From: Podarcis liolepis | Taxonomy: Eukaryota | NCBI GenBank assembly: GCA_965112155.1 | Contig: OZ218103.1 | Direction: 5' to 3' (one strand) | Length of the DNA: 64,000 nucleotides | Shown: in pieces, positions 39,824-53,106 of the stretch | How the letters are laid out: each line of letters starts with the position of its first letter | Numbering within the stretch: the stretch's first letter is position 1 | The notes under the pieces: generated by a model | What the model saw: the letters and a program-made list of their open reading frames with translations, nothing else | Told to the model about the DNA's origin: nothing | Database searches by the model: none | Translations under genes and position numbers: made by a program

Positions 39824-40598
39824 TATTTTCTACTCTTAACCTAACAGACAATCTTACTTCTAGTATCTGTTTCCCTCATCCAACATATTCTATAACTGCC
39901 AATTCTGTTCACCTCCTCTAGCTCAAGGGGCAAATATGGATGACTGGATCAGCCTATTTCCAGTCTCTGTCAATTTTGCATATGCTCAATCGTAAATCTG
40001 TTCAGTACCTTTTCTGCATTTAGCTGCAATGATATTTTGAAGTCCACATGAACATTCATATTTAAATATCTACCATCAAAATATATCAATTTCTAGACAT
40101 ATCTTACTCCAAAATAGTTGCTTTATGCATTTTTGAACTTTTTTGAGCTGAGTGTAGTTGTACCTCAAAATTCTGAAGGAAAACTGCATTCCAATCCATG
40201 TTTGAGAAATGCAAATTAGATCAGTTTGCTTAAACATCCAAAGTGAAAAAGATGACATACCTCATCCCTAGCGTAAGCTAAATTTTCTGTTTACGTACAT
40301 GTTAATCCTGTCCTTTTACTACACTGCTAACTACTGAGAATCGTTGACAATTTGGTTCAGAAAAAAACACAAAGGGAACGTTATGTCACTATTTCTCAAA
40401 CTCCAGCTGTTGTTGGACTACAACTTCCATCATCCCTAGGGATGATAAGAGTTGTAGTCCAACAACTGCTGGGGACCAAATTTTGAGACACACTGCATTA
40501 TGACATGCTCTGTACTATCACCATTCAACTATAGCACTAATAGGCTAATTTGGTACTAAGTGTATAGTAAACCAAAATGTGAGAACATAAGTTGAGTC

Positions 40599-40946
40599 CA
40601 TCTTCAAATATCTTCAAAGCCATCTTCAAATATCGGAAGGGCTGTCACATGGACAATGGAGCAAGCTTGCTTTCCCCCTTTCTGGAAGGTAGGGCTCAAA
40701 CCAAAGGCTTCAAGTTGCAGGAAAGGAGATTCCAGGTAAACATAAGGAAACTTTCTGACATTAAGAGCTGTTTGACAGTGGAACAGTCTCCCTTGGGAGG
40801 TGGTGGACTCTTCTTCCTTGGAGTTTTTTAAGCAGAGGTTGGATGGCCATCTAGCATGGATGCTTTGGTAGAGATTCCTGCATTGCAGGGGGTTGGACTA
40901 GATGACCCTTGGGATCCCTTCCAACTCTACAATTCTACTATTCTAT
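40599..40946 (+). mobile_element. CR1 LINE 3' fragment
   Basis: ORF2 tail (IFKYRKGCH...GFKLQERRF) and the CR1 3' end GGGTTGGACTAGATGACC...TTCCAACTCTACAATTCTA. Confidence 0.85.
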
Positions 40947-42124
40947 CCAAATAACTACTTTAAGCAGGTTAAACAGCTTGGGCACATCCAGAATTATATT
41001 TGACCTCTCTCTTTTTTAGTAGCAGACTCCTCAGCCATATCAAACAGCTTTCGAGAGTCCCTTCAGCTTCATGTAATTTACCCAGTGCTGTGAAAAGGGT
41101 GACTGATCTTTGAGGAAAAATAACCCCCAAGTTTGCTGAGACATGCCGAACTAATTGTGTGGATCTTCGGATCCAAGTCATTGTGTTCAGAAGCTGGAAG
41201 TCAGCAGACAGAACAAGATATTTTCTTGAAATGACCCTATATTTCATTCATGTGTAGTTCCTGCATTAACTATACTGAAATGGTTACTGCATAACTTCAG
41301 CACTTGCCAATAAAGTATACTGTTTGTTAAGCACCACATACATTAACTGGCTTTTCAGTTCTCAGATATGAGCAGGGCTTGCGATGAACTAATTTAGATT
41401 AACTAATTCACTGAATTCAAAAATCTAATATTTACAGCTGAAAGTAGTTCCTATAATTTCCAGGTGAATTAAGTTCCTTTTGCAGTGGAAGTTTGGGCAA
41501 TTTTAAATTAATTCTGATTTCAATTAAATAATATTTTTATGTAGGGCTCTCATCCAACTCAACGCTGCTTTTGCTTGTGGCCACTGCATTTTACATTTTT
41601 TCCTACCTGTAAAGTGAATCTGCTTTTTAAACTTAAATGTCATAATTGTTGGGGGAAATAAATAAAACAATTGTTTACAGTATACTCTGTGTTTTGATAT
41701 TATCTTAGTCTTCTTAAAAGTATTTTTAATATATTTAGTATATTCAGCAAAGTGGCTCATAAAATTTACCAGACTTCCAAGCTTCCTTTGGAAAGATTTG
41801 TTTCCATTTTTTTAAAGGAATATTTTCCCCACTGCAGATGCTTCAAAGGAGCTCCCCTCCAACAATCAATCAACTGCACATCAGTTAAAGAGATTTAGCC
41901 TCTTCAAAGATACACTTCCTGCACCAATCCCGATTGAAGACATGCTTTCAGCACCAAAGGAAGTTGCTCTAGATGACAATCAGTTGACTGATTAGTTTAG
42001 TTTTAAATATTAAACGGTTTCAAATATTAAACAATATCTATAAAGATTTTCCAAAATCATCTCTTTTTTCCACATATCAACTGAATAAAGTTCCCTTTGC
42101 TTTTGGAGCAAGATCAACATTTAC

Positions 42125-42204
42125 CTTCTGTCTATGTATTTTTCCAACATGCAAGATACCGTTGGTAGATCATGTTATAACAACTCTCTTAAATTTAAAT
42201 AAAC
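42125..42204 (-). other. ZNF644: Candidate ZNF644 exon 2 (80 nt; alternative donor at 42160)
   Basis: Acceptor TAGTTTTCAG|GTTTATTT, donor GAAG|GTAAAT. The start resembles mammalian exon 2 as I recall it. It contains ATGs ending in phase 2, the phase that opens the INVLNG frame of exon 3. Confidence 0.5.
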
Positions 42205-42427
42205 CTGAAAACTACACTCTTTTGGAAAATACGTATGTTCATAGCTTTTCTTGAATAGATTTCTATTTCATTTCATTTTAAATATTTCATCATCTCTGCA
42301 TTTCATTCACATCAAAATGTGTATCTGAGAGGCTCTTGTTATGATTTGAATTCATTTAGCTTTCAAATTTGGATTTGGTGTGTAAAACAGTTTTGCTGTA
42401 AAATCTTTAAAAGTGATCTGAAAATTA

Positions 42428-42787
42428 CCATATATACTCGTGTTTAAGTCAACTTTTTCAGCACATTTTTAATGCTGAAAAAGCCCCCCTCAGCTTACAC
42501 TCGAGTGAGGGTCCCACTTACTGTTTGCTGCCGCCGCCACTGCTCTACCAAGCGCGGCTCCTGTGCCTTCCCTTGCGAGTGACAGAGGCTGTTGTCAGTG
42601 GAGGAGGAGGAAGGAGCAGCCTGAAAGCAGCCCTTCTGGGCTGCTCCTTCCTCCTCCGCCGCCTTTGCCGCTGTCAGCATTTCCCACCCTAAGCTTATAC
42701 TCGAGTAAATAAGTTTTCCCAGGTTTTGGTGGTAAAATTAGGTGCCTCAGCTTATATTCGGGTCGGCTTATACTTGAGTATATAGGG
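42428..42787. mobile_element. Tc1/mariner superfamily (Tc2-like) MITE
   Basis: Imperfect TIR CCATATATACTCGTGTTTAAGTC/GGCTTATACTTGAGTATATAGGG, TA flanks, internal GCTTATACTCGAGT repeats. Confidence 0.75.
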
Positions 42788-43613
42788 TATTGATAAAAGG
42801 GTTTTTCCCTACATTTCTAGAAAGGCAAACATATTTATGGAGAGTCCTGTTGCTGTGTAGTTCTGCAAGTTACTGCAGCAGTTTACCATGGATATGTTTA
42901 TGGTGTGGCTGGGCAACTAACTATACAACTAGATACTCTGGCTTCCCCAATGAGCTCAATAGGACCCAAGGGACGTTGCACTTTAGTTAATGTCAGCAAC
43001 AAAATAGTAGCAGTTACAGCAGTAGTAATATACTGTTATAAATGCCCTCAAAGAATTCCAGCGATATTTGGTGTTAACAGGATAATGAACTGGATGGATC
43101 TTTGTTCTGACTGCTAAGGTTTTATGATGCTTCTTGAGACAAATTTCTTACAAATTGAATTAGCAACATTTCAGAAATAAACACCCTAGAAAGTGAGTTA
43201 ATGGTTTTAACACCCACCTAAAATTGTTTCTGAAAAAGAGCAGCAGTGTGAATTTGATATAACAAAGCATTCTAAACTAAAAAAAACCCAAAAATGTGTA
43301 ACCTAAGGCAGGCCTTCTCAACTTGCAACTTGTTCTTAGACCTTATGCAAAGGTTTCAAGGAAGAAAGGGTGGTAACTATATAAACATATAAATGTTGCC
43401 ATGTAGAATGGAAAGCAACAAGTATTTGTGACTATTTTCCAGCCCCATAATATATAGAACAGTAGCAGTAATGCTGAAGGCGATCATGCAGTAGCAGGCG
43501 ATATCAAGCTGTATTGTGACATCTACTAATCATCTTTCTCTCTCTCAACCACATCCCATTAAGTTAAAAGTCACCAGTTGTTCCATTAAAAAACCAACTA
43601 CATTTATGCAATA

Positions 43614-43790
43614 CAGAGCTTTTCAAACTTTTCAAGTTGGTTACATACTGTGTAATTCAGTTTGACTAGCAAGCTGGAGGTTAAACTAACCCTTTCCAGC
43701 CCCGGGAAGAGCGTGGGGAGCATTTGTGTGACACACCTACACAGTGCAGCCAACACACTAATGTGTCGTGGCACAGTTTTGAAAGCTCTG
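43614..43790. mobile_element. hAT MITE
   Basis: TIR CAGAGCTTTTCAAACT/AGTTTTGAAAGCTCTG, degenerate TSD ATGCAATA/ATGTAACA. Confidence 0.7.
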
Positions 43791-46676
43791 ATGTAACATA
43801 ACTCTTCATGTAATCACTTACAATTTGTGTACACACATCCCTTTCGGATGGAGGTCTGCTTGCATATTAATTCTGTTATCAAGATTTAATTGAAGTTTGC
43901 CGATGTTCACAAATATCGGAACTGTTATTTCCCAAGCATTGAGATAATCAACCAAAATGGATCTCGCAAGACCTCACGATTATGGAGACTCATGCTCCAA
44001 CACTGGACGAACAAATCTTCACCAATAGTTCTTCTCAACAGGAAAGTTTACTGCCCTAGCCACATCTGAACATGCAGTTTAAGCCATGCATGGTGTTAGA
44101 TGCATGTTAGAAAAGGGGGAAATAAACATAACTGGAGCACATTCTATATGGAAAAACAATGCTTTGTTTTGGATGGGGGAAAAGGAACAAGGAGTGTGTT
44201 ACATACAATGGAAGGAAAAGAAAGGAATGTATCCTTCTCCACCAACACATCCCTTAGAATATCATTCTATGAAATAGTTGCCATGAAAGCAAGAATTACT
44301 TGATTACTTTTATTTACTGTATTTGTTTACTTAACATACAGAATTGCCCACCACAATAGCCCTATTTGCATATTACTTGCAAATAGGAAAATCAAGATTT
44401 CAAGCTCCCCTCTAACTATGCCATGCCCTCAAAGACCACATGTTAAGAATGGTTGTACGCAGTGGAATCTCTATGCACAAGCAGCATCTCACAGAGGCTT
44501 GATGCATTCTGGACACCAGTGTTCCCAATCCCATGGATTTCCTATGTGTGAGAAGCTGCTGAAGCGTAGGGGGTTTCCTTGCAGACAGCTATGCGCAACA
44601 TAATCAGAGGACAGAGCTGGCAAGGCAAAATGTGTAGCTCCACTCCACCCTGAAACTGTGAGAGCCCAACACATTAATAATGTGTGAAAAGGACTAATGT
44701 GGAGATAACCATTAGCGTATAGGGCTTTACCCCTTGGCCAAGAGACGGGGCTATATACATCCCAATAGCACTGGAAATTACATAAAACTTTTGTGTCTGT
44801 TCTCCACAACTCCATATTCCAAGTAGCCCTCAACTATGTCAACCTGGGAATTACCATGTGGTGTTTCGGGGGGGGGGGGGGAAGTCTCCATACTTCAGTG
44901 AAATACTGAAGCTTTTACTTTTGTGATTTTTGAGGTCAATTTTACCCCTGTGTACACCATGCACATCAGGTGCTGGGTCAAAGTGATGCTGTGAAATGTA
45001 TTTAAAGTTTTTATTTACTAGTAATCTATACCTCACGGGTTTATGAAACCTGTTACAAACCGTTTTCCAGTTACAACCTTCCTTCTGACCCAGCAATACT
45101 GGGGTTTATTTCATCATGACTTTCATTTTGTGCAAAACATGCTGATCCGGGTTTTGGAATCCTTAAGAATGTAACTGTATCTGCAAAAATGTTTTTGGAC
45201 AACCAGCACACTCACCTCAACTGAAAGCCAGACCTAATGGCAACTTCTAATACAGTAAAGGATCTTTCTCTGTTCCACGCACAGAAAGATCATTGCAAAA
45301 TGTGTTGTTGAGGGTTGACCTCAACACTTCTGGGCCAAATGTCACTGGCATCCTTCAAAGGAAACAATAGAGAAAGTCCTCAAATTTTGTTAGAATTGTC
45401 AATGCCGAACTGCCAATGCAGGAGACAAGTATGCCTGTGTGCACAAGCTGTGCACTCTCCCACAATGCTTTGCGAGTTACCGTTTATGAACAGATTTGTT
45501 CCATTTGAATGAAAATGATGGTGTACATACCATCCAAACCCACAAAGTACGTCATACATGTGTTGTGTTTGTATCTTGAACATAACTGGTAGACATAAAT
45601 GTGGTGAGGACAAGTGCCCCATAAGCTCAAAAACAAGGCCATACACAGGCTAAGAAACTAAGAGCAGATTTATTATTTTCTGAATAGAATATAGCAACTG
45701 ATAACATCACCAGTATGCCAGAGGCTTAGCAAAGAAAAACCTAACTCAGCTTAGCACATCAAAAAAACAGAAATATCCCCAAAGTTCCTTGCCCTCAAAT
45801 CCTAGTGCCAACTACAACATTTTTGAAGTTCAAAAAGATTTGACCCTTTTAAGCAATATAGCAAATAAATGAAGGGTAGTGTATACAAGCAATCTCAGAT
45901 TAACTTTTCTGTAAACCACTTTGATAGTGTTCTTTTTATCAAGTGGTGTATAAATTTTATGAAATAAATAAATCAGAATTGCCTACTCCTTTATTACAAT
46001 GAAACTAATGGTGATATGGACTCATGCATCCAAATGGTCTCCACAAACAATCCTAAACTCATGATCAAGCAGCAGCTAATATTGTTTTAATATTTACTTA
46101 TTTTATTTACTCAACTTTTAAACAACCCTTCCTCAAATAGTGACCCAGTACCATATATAAAAACATTATAATCTGAAGAAAACACAAATTATGAAATTAT
46201 GAAAACAAACTGTAAAACAGCACCAAAAGCTTTCGAAAGATAAAAATCATTACACACTATAAATACAACAGCAGCAACACTTGAACAATGGTAGACAAGG
46301 CCTGCTTTCATGCCTATAGAAGCCAGACAACACAGAATGTGAAGATCTCAAAAGAAGTCTCTTTCCAGTAGATCTACGGTAGATCAAAACCAGATTGAGT
46401 AACACACATAGCTTTCTTAGGATGTCAAGAGAGATAGCCTCAGAACTGGTAAAGTCTGCTGCTGCCGATATAAAGGACAGGGGCAGATGATGTCTCTTCA
46501 GACGATGCAATGAGAAGATCACAGCAATAATGCATTTCATTTAACAATTCTGTCTACCCAGCTCAAACAGTCATGTTGATTAGAAAATGCTCAGGTCATG
46601 TCCAATAAGTTTGCAAAGTATGCTAGATTTGCTGTTGTCACTAGAAGTTCACACTCAAGATTACTGCACTGTTATA

Positions 46677-47016
46677 CAGTGGTACCTCGCAAGACGGAAA
46701 ACTCGCAAAACGAAAGGGTTTTTGGTTTTTTGAGTTGCTTCGCAAGACGATTTCCCCTATGGGCTTGCTTCGCAAGACGGAAACGTCTTGCAAGTTTGTT
46801 TCCTTTTTCTTAAAACCGTTAATACAGTTGCGACTTGACTTCGAGGAGCAACTCATAGCACGCGGTGTGGTAGCCTTTTTTGAGGTTTTTGAAGACTTTT
46901 GTGATTTTTGAAGCTTTTCCAAAACTTTTCCGACACCGTGCTTCGCAAGACGAAAAAAAAACACAAGACGAAAAAACTCGCGGAATGAATTAATTTCGTC
47001 TTGCGAGGCACCACTG
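46677..47016 (-). mobile_element. Tigger-like MITE, family A copy 3 (inverted relative to copies 1 and 2)
   Basis: Same TIR and TA flanks. The interior is the reverse complement of copy 2 plus extra sequence. Confidence 0.9.
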
Positions 47017-47969
47017 TACTTTTGCAGCTGCTATAACTATCTTATATGCATGGTTTATGGCACAATATGTTACATTTTAAAAACTGAGATTACTAAGACA
47101 CCTCCATAGTTTGTGTAGGTTTTTGTACTTTACTCTGAGCCTTGTTGACCACAGTACTTATTAGTAACTAGACTGTTTTATTGGACAAGGGAAGGTCTCA
47201 ATAAAGGGATTAAAAAAAATAAAATGCAAATGGCTTAATAACTTCCATCAATTATTTTATTTGGATGGCCCTCCTGGGTACCTTTCACTACAATACCAAA
47301 TTGGTACGATCAATTTTCTATCAACAGTTGGTAAAACAAGGGATTAGAGAAATTCCTGGATGGCATCAATAACTATTGGCTTTTATAACTAAGGTGGGGG
47401 GTATGTTCAAAAGTAGACTACTTCAGCAATTCCAGGTTAAAAGGATTTATGGGTCCACTGATGGGTCAGTGCCCAAACAAAGCACAGAGAATATGTAACT
47501 AAATGCTATCTAGTAGAGGACATTCTGCTGAATGCATGGGTGTCAGGCCAAATATTATTTTGGGGCACACACCCCAGTTATTTATTCTTTTCTACACATT
47601 TTAAGTACTGCTGGCTTTTAATGTTATTATTTTGTTTTAACACATAAACTATTGTTGGAACACCTCAGAACTTATAGCTTGACGTAAGTTTTTTGGAAGC
47701 AGGTGTCATGGTTAATGAGCTGCAGAAGGATTTGCACTTGCCATCCAAATGCAAATTGCCATCTTGCTGTGAGTCCTGGATGACCTGCTCCTTGCCCGGG
47801 GGTGGGGGCAGCTACAAAAAGTTGAAGTGGCTGAACAGGGGGTTTTGTTGCAGGGTTTTATTGCTACTTTTATTGCCCTCTTTAAAATGTTTTAAATTGT
47901 TTTTAACTGCTTTTAACTTGTAAGTTGTTACATTTGAGGGTTTGCTGTTTTTTAAAGTAAGGGAACATA

Positions 47970-49741
47970 AGATCTGCATGTAAGGAGAGGAGCTAGAAAG
48001 AGCAGGAGCAACCCCAATCACAGTGGGGGGAAAGTATGGTGTCGAGGGTGGGGAAGGTTGGGTAGGGGGCACATAGCACAGGCAGTTAGTGACTGTGCTG
48101 TGCGACAGTCCCTTCTCCAACATGGGGAATTGTGGTTGTCCTATCAGCCAGCTATTGGATTAGCGACTGGGCTGTTGTTGCTGAATGACAGGTCAGCTCA
48201 GATTTGGTCTGTATCACAGAGACCTGGGTGGGTGGAACAAGTCTCACTCAGCTGTGCCCACCCGGGTACTCGATGCAGTATCAAGGTAGGCTTGAAGGTT
48301 GGGGAGAGGGAGTTCTTGTGGTCTATAGAAATTCTCTCTCTTTCTCTTTCCAGGCTCACTGTCCAGTTGGGTAGAGGAGGGGAGGCAATCTTGAGTGTGT
48401 GTTCCTGACATTTTGCAACTGGAACAGATTAGGGATTCTGCTGGTTTACAACCCACCCTGCTGTTAACAATCTCCCTGCCTGAGATGACAGAGCCAGTCT
48501 CAGAGGTAGTGCTGAGGACTCCCAGACTGCCGGTTTTGGGGGACTTCAACATTCATGCTGAGGCAACTGGCTCTGGGGTGGCTCCATGGATGCCATGACG
48601 ACCATGGGGCTATCTCAACATGTCACCGACCCAAAGCATGTAGCAGGCCACACTTGGGACGTTTTCTCAACCAGGCAGGAAGGGGTTCAACCATCTGAAA
48701 GTGGGGGATATTGACATCAGTCCCTCGGGATGGTCAGATCACTTCTTGCAAGCTTTAGGCTTTCAGCACCCTTTCTCCTCTGCAACAGGCCAATTAGGAT
48801 ATTCCACTCTCAGAGGCTGATGGAGCCAATGGGTTTCCAGACATCTTTGTAGGGTTTACCTGCTGATATGCCTGGCACTCCTGTCAAAGCCCTGGGCCAA
48901 CCTCTGGAACATCCAAATTGCTCAGGATGCTGACACAATGGCCTTTGAGCGCCCTTTCCCACTTCACAGAGCCCACTTGGCTTCCTGGTAATAGTCCAGA
49001 GCTTAGGGCAAGGAAACAAGCTGGGAGACAGCTTAAACACAAGTGCAGGTAAACTCCAGTCAAATGCAACTGAACACTAGAGAGGGCTCATTATAGAGTC
49101 CACTTTAGAAGGCATACTGTGCTGCCTCCATAGCATCCTCTTTGTGCCTTCTGGCACAGCTTTTCCAGGTAGTGCGGGCCACTTACAGACTGGTCTAAAG
49201 GAGGTGGCAGAATTGAAGGTAGCATTGTGACTTGTTTGCAAAGCACTGTGAGAATTAAATTGCTTGCATCCACTGGGATTGTAAATCTGCTGTGACAGCA
49301 GATTAATCTCAAGGGGTATCTGAACACTGTCTAGTCCTGTTGTGTTGTTTCAAGTTTCAGTTAGCAAGGCTCAAGGATGTGGACAAGGTGCTTGAATCAG
49401 TCAGGGTGACCGCTTGCGCTCTGAATCCCTGCCCCCCATGACTGATAAGATCTAACAGCTGGCTGGGCCAGAGAGGTGATTAATGCCTCCTTGCAAGAGG
49501 AGGTGGTGCCTGCCTGCTTGAAGGAGGCAGTGGTAAAACTACTTCTCAAGAAACCCACACTGGATTTGGAAAATCTAAGAAACAGTGGCCAGTGGCCAAT
49601 TTCCCTTTCTTGGGCAAGGTTCTTGAGCAGGTGGTTGCAGAAAATACCCAGGCACCCTTGGGAGGAAACTGATTTTTTAGATCCATTTCAATCAGGGTTT
49701 AGGCACCGTTTTGGCACAGAAACTGCTTGGGTTGCCCTGTA
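47970..49741 (+). mobile_element. Decayed L2-clade LINE (endonuclease to start of RT)
   Basis: Frameshifted remnants VLGDFNIH (APE endonuclease), VPACLKEAVVKLLLKKPTLD and FLDPFQSGFRHRFGTETA (RT N-terminus). Confidence 0.85.
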
Positions 49742-50721
49742 TCTTCATAAAGGGCAGTATACAAATAAATAATCACATAATGAAAACTAATGGCTTTCTT
49801 GCAGAGATGATTATATGCAAGAACATTTGCTTTAATGAAAACTTCATGCATTTTGATTTCTTCACTATGGTTTATTTATGAAAAAGGGGAAATCTGTAAA
49901 CCTGAAATATAACATCATACGAGAGAAAAGAAATTAGTTATGATTCTGAATATTCATTAGTTATTATTCCAACTGATACACAAACCTGTAGAAGTTTTAA
50001 TGCTTACCTGTTTGCCTTCTCCCTCTTCAAGCTGCAAGTTTGCATCCAATACCAAGACAAACCTACAAGCAGTAAATAAAAGACTATGATAAAGTTGTCT
50101 GAAAGCAAATTTATTATACCCCTGATAGGCACCCAGGCTGTACAAATGGATATGCAATCATTCAATCTCACCAACAATGAAACACCACATAAGTTATTTT
50201 CTTAATATTTATACCTAAACATTTATCCCATTATTGAAACCTCTATATACACGTTTTTCCTCCAACTCTCCAATGACTACATTTTATAGAAGAATATGGT
50301 GATTAATGCTCAAGTATCCTGAGTACCCATCAGTCTTCAGCCCTGCTGAAGTACATACACGTTTCTTTACAAACAGAAGTACTTTTTTTCAGAGTTTTTC
50401 TGAAATAGAAACCTGCTTTTTAGGCAGTACTTAATCAAATGCTAGGATGAAAAAAACAAAATGTTCCAGAATGCAACAAAGGAATCAAGATACCAGTGGC
50501 AACAACAGAATTAAAATCCTTTCAAAGCTTTATTCAGTGAATCAGCAATAATCCTGCTTTGACACAGAACATGGAGGATCGAGACTGAAGCTACAGACCA
50601 GGGACAGCTACTGTGGTATACTGCATATGTTTTGAACTACAACTCCCATCAGCCCCTCCAGCAAGTCCCATGATCAAACTGGCTCCTCCCGATATACATG
50701 GAGAATAAAGAGTATGCAATA

Positions 50722-50943
50722 CAGTTGTACCTTGGTTCTCGTACGTTTTGGCGCCCGAATGCCGAAAACCCAGAAGTGTTCCAGTTTTCCAACATTTTTT
50801 GGAAGCTGAATGTCCAACGCGGCTTCGGCCTGAGTGCAGGAAGTTCCCGCAGCCAACTGAACGCCACACCTTGGTTTTTGAATTGTTCCAGGAGTCGAAC
50901 AGACTCCCGGAACGGATTAAGTTCGAGAACCAAGGTTCCACTG
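50722..50943 (-). mobile_element. Tigger-like MITE, family B (inverted copy)
   Basis: TIR CAGTTGTACCTTGGTTCTCG/CGAGAACCAAGGTTCCACTG. The reverse complement aligns by eye to 39584-39823. Confidence 0.8.
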
Positions 50944-52418
50944 TGTAGTATTCTCTCATCTTACTGTGCCTATTAAGGCAACACTATTTCCCGTTGGCTA
51001 TGACTTAAAGTGATCTATCAGAGTATGATTTAGGTAACTTAGCCATAGACATTGGCCATGTTTGGTGGCAATGCTAAATCATGGTTTTATGTAGCAGCTG
51101 GTTAGACATAAAATGTTATATATTTTACATACATTTTCCTCAAGACTAAACATAAAACGTATGTAATTCTTTTGGCCCCACAGTTTCCGTCCACCATCAG
51201 AATGCTACCCACAGAAGGCTAGCCAGGTTTGAATCCAGTCCTCCATCTGAAAGTTATCTTTACCTGCCCCCAGTTTTGTTCTACATAAATTAACCTACCA
51301 TCAATGTCAATTTACCATCTCCCTCCTCTCCTCTCCTCCCCTCCGTGGTCTAGAAGCAGAATTCAAAACTTTTACCACTTCTCCTTAAGTGTGGCTTCTT
51401 CATTGGCAAAACCAAGGACCATGGTTTAACGCTAACTGGTTCTAGAAAAAGCTAACTTCAAACCACGGAGTGGAGATCACACAAGTCTGGAAGGTTTATT
51501 CATGTAGCACTAAACCAAGGCTTAGCATTATATCCAAAGATGGCTATTGTCTATCGTAATGGTTACCTAAACCATGCTGTAATTGACTCTTCCAAAACAA
51601 ACCATATGTAGTGTTAAATCACTACCCCCAATTTGGACAACATGGGAAGATTCTTATACTGCAAGGCAAAAGCTTACAAACTCTTGGCTAAGTGGGATGA
51701 GAATGCCAGAGCCCAAGAAACAGCTACTTTCTTCACAAAATATGAAACTATGGTTTAGTGTTATGCCAAATGTGGCCACTGTTGATCTGCACAAAGTCAG
51801 CTTACCTAAGCAGATGCATCTATATGTTTGCACTTAAAACTCTTAAGTGGCATATTTTCTTGGCATCTCCCTTCTTAAAACATGCTTCTTTTGCAGCAAT
51901 AATGAAAAACTTAATTTGCAAACAGTTATCCAGTTCCTTCCATAGATGAATTTAAAATAGAATGGATTTTTAAAGTGGTAGGGAGTTTGAATTGGAAAAT
52001 TCATAATTCTAACATGTTCATCATGTGACTTACAAAATTAGCATGAGGTAATTCTTAAGTTTTTGAATCAACATATTTTATCAGGCACATTATTATACTT
52101 AAAAGTGGTTTAAATGTTAAAGAAACTCAAAACCTTACAAGGAAATAATAACTTGAAAAAATTTATAAAGATGATAGTTTGCACTTCCCTTACATTGTAT
52201 AAGAGGGGGAGGGATGAAGGCAGGGAAAACTACTAACACAACAATTTTAGCACACCAAAATAATTGTGCATGATGTATCATGGTTGTCCACAATTCTACT
52301 TCAGAGTTATAATCCAACTTGGACACCTCCAGTTTCACAGTCGCTACCTGCAGAATTACGTGCATGGCCACATAGCAGTTTCTGGACCAGACATCTAAGT
52401 GGAAGGCTGACTTAACAG

Positions 52419-52738
52419 TGGAGGAATGAAATATTAAGCAGAGCTAAAGGGAATGACTGGCCGGGAGTGGCATGCAGGAATCGACAGTTAATTAGTGCTG
52501 GCTAGCACAAGGGCTAATTAAGGGAGAGTTGGGGTAACTGGGATAGATATAAAATATCTGCTAGCGTGTTTAGTCGTTGTTTAGTCAGCTGCTAGCGTGT
52601 TTAGTCGGTTAAATCAGAAAACTAGAGCTATAAGAATGCTGCATTTAATGACTGCTTATTGCATTCACTAACTGAATAAATGTTTGTTTCCTGATCTGTG
52701 CTCTAATCCGGGTGGATTCTAAACCAAAATATGCCTCA
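52419..52738 (+). mobile_element. Probable solo LTR
   Basis: TG...CA ends (TGGAGG/CCTCA), TATAAAA at 52548-52554, 19-bp direct repeat, AATAAA at 52675-52680. No clear TSD. Confidence 0.45.
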
Positions 52739-53065
52739 ACTTATGTCAATAGTTCAAAAGGTATATGGGTAATATTACAGAGTGGAAGTCCTGGAGCTCC
52801 CAAAGTCTTTAGGTGGTGGCAGCAAATACATTAAAGGGAAGTCTGAGAGACACTGGGAATGTCAATTTCTTTTCATGGTGTTTGCTGAAAGTGAAAGCAA
52901 TAGCAATCACAATTTTAGTTTCAGTTTTGCTTTCACTTGTAGTTAGGAAATGAAATAATAGTTTCAGCTTGGTTCTCATTTTATCTGCACAGCCAGTCCT
53001 GAGAGTTCATTACTTGGTTTGGATTATTCTGTGTATCTCATCCCTGCTTAGATATCTACAAAATG

Positions 53066-53074
<9 letters not shown>

Positions 53075-53104
<30 letters not shown>
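53075..53104. repeat. (CA)n microsatellite
   Basis: Read directly from the sequence. Confidence 0.95.
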
Positions 53105-53106
<2 letters not shown>

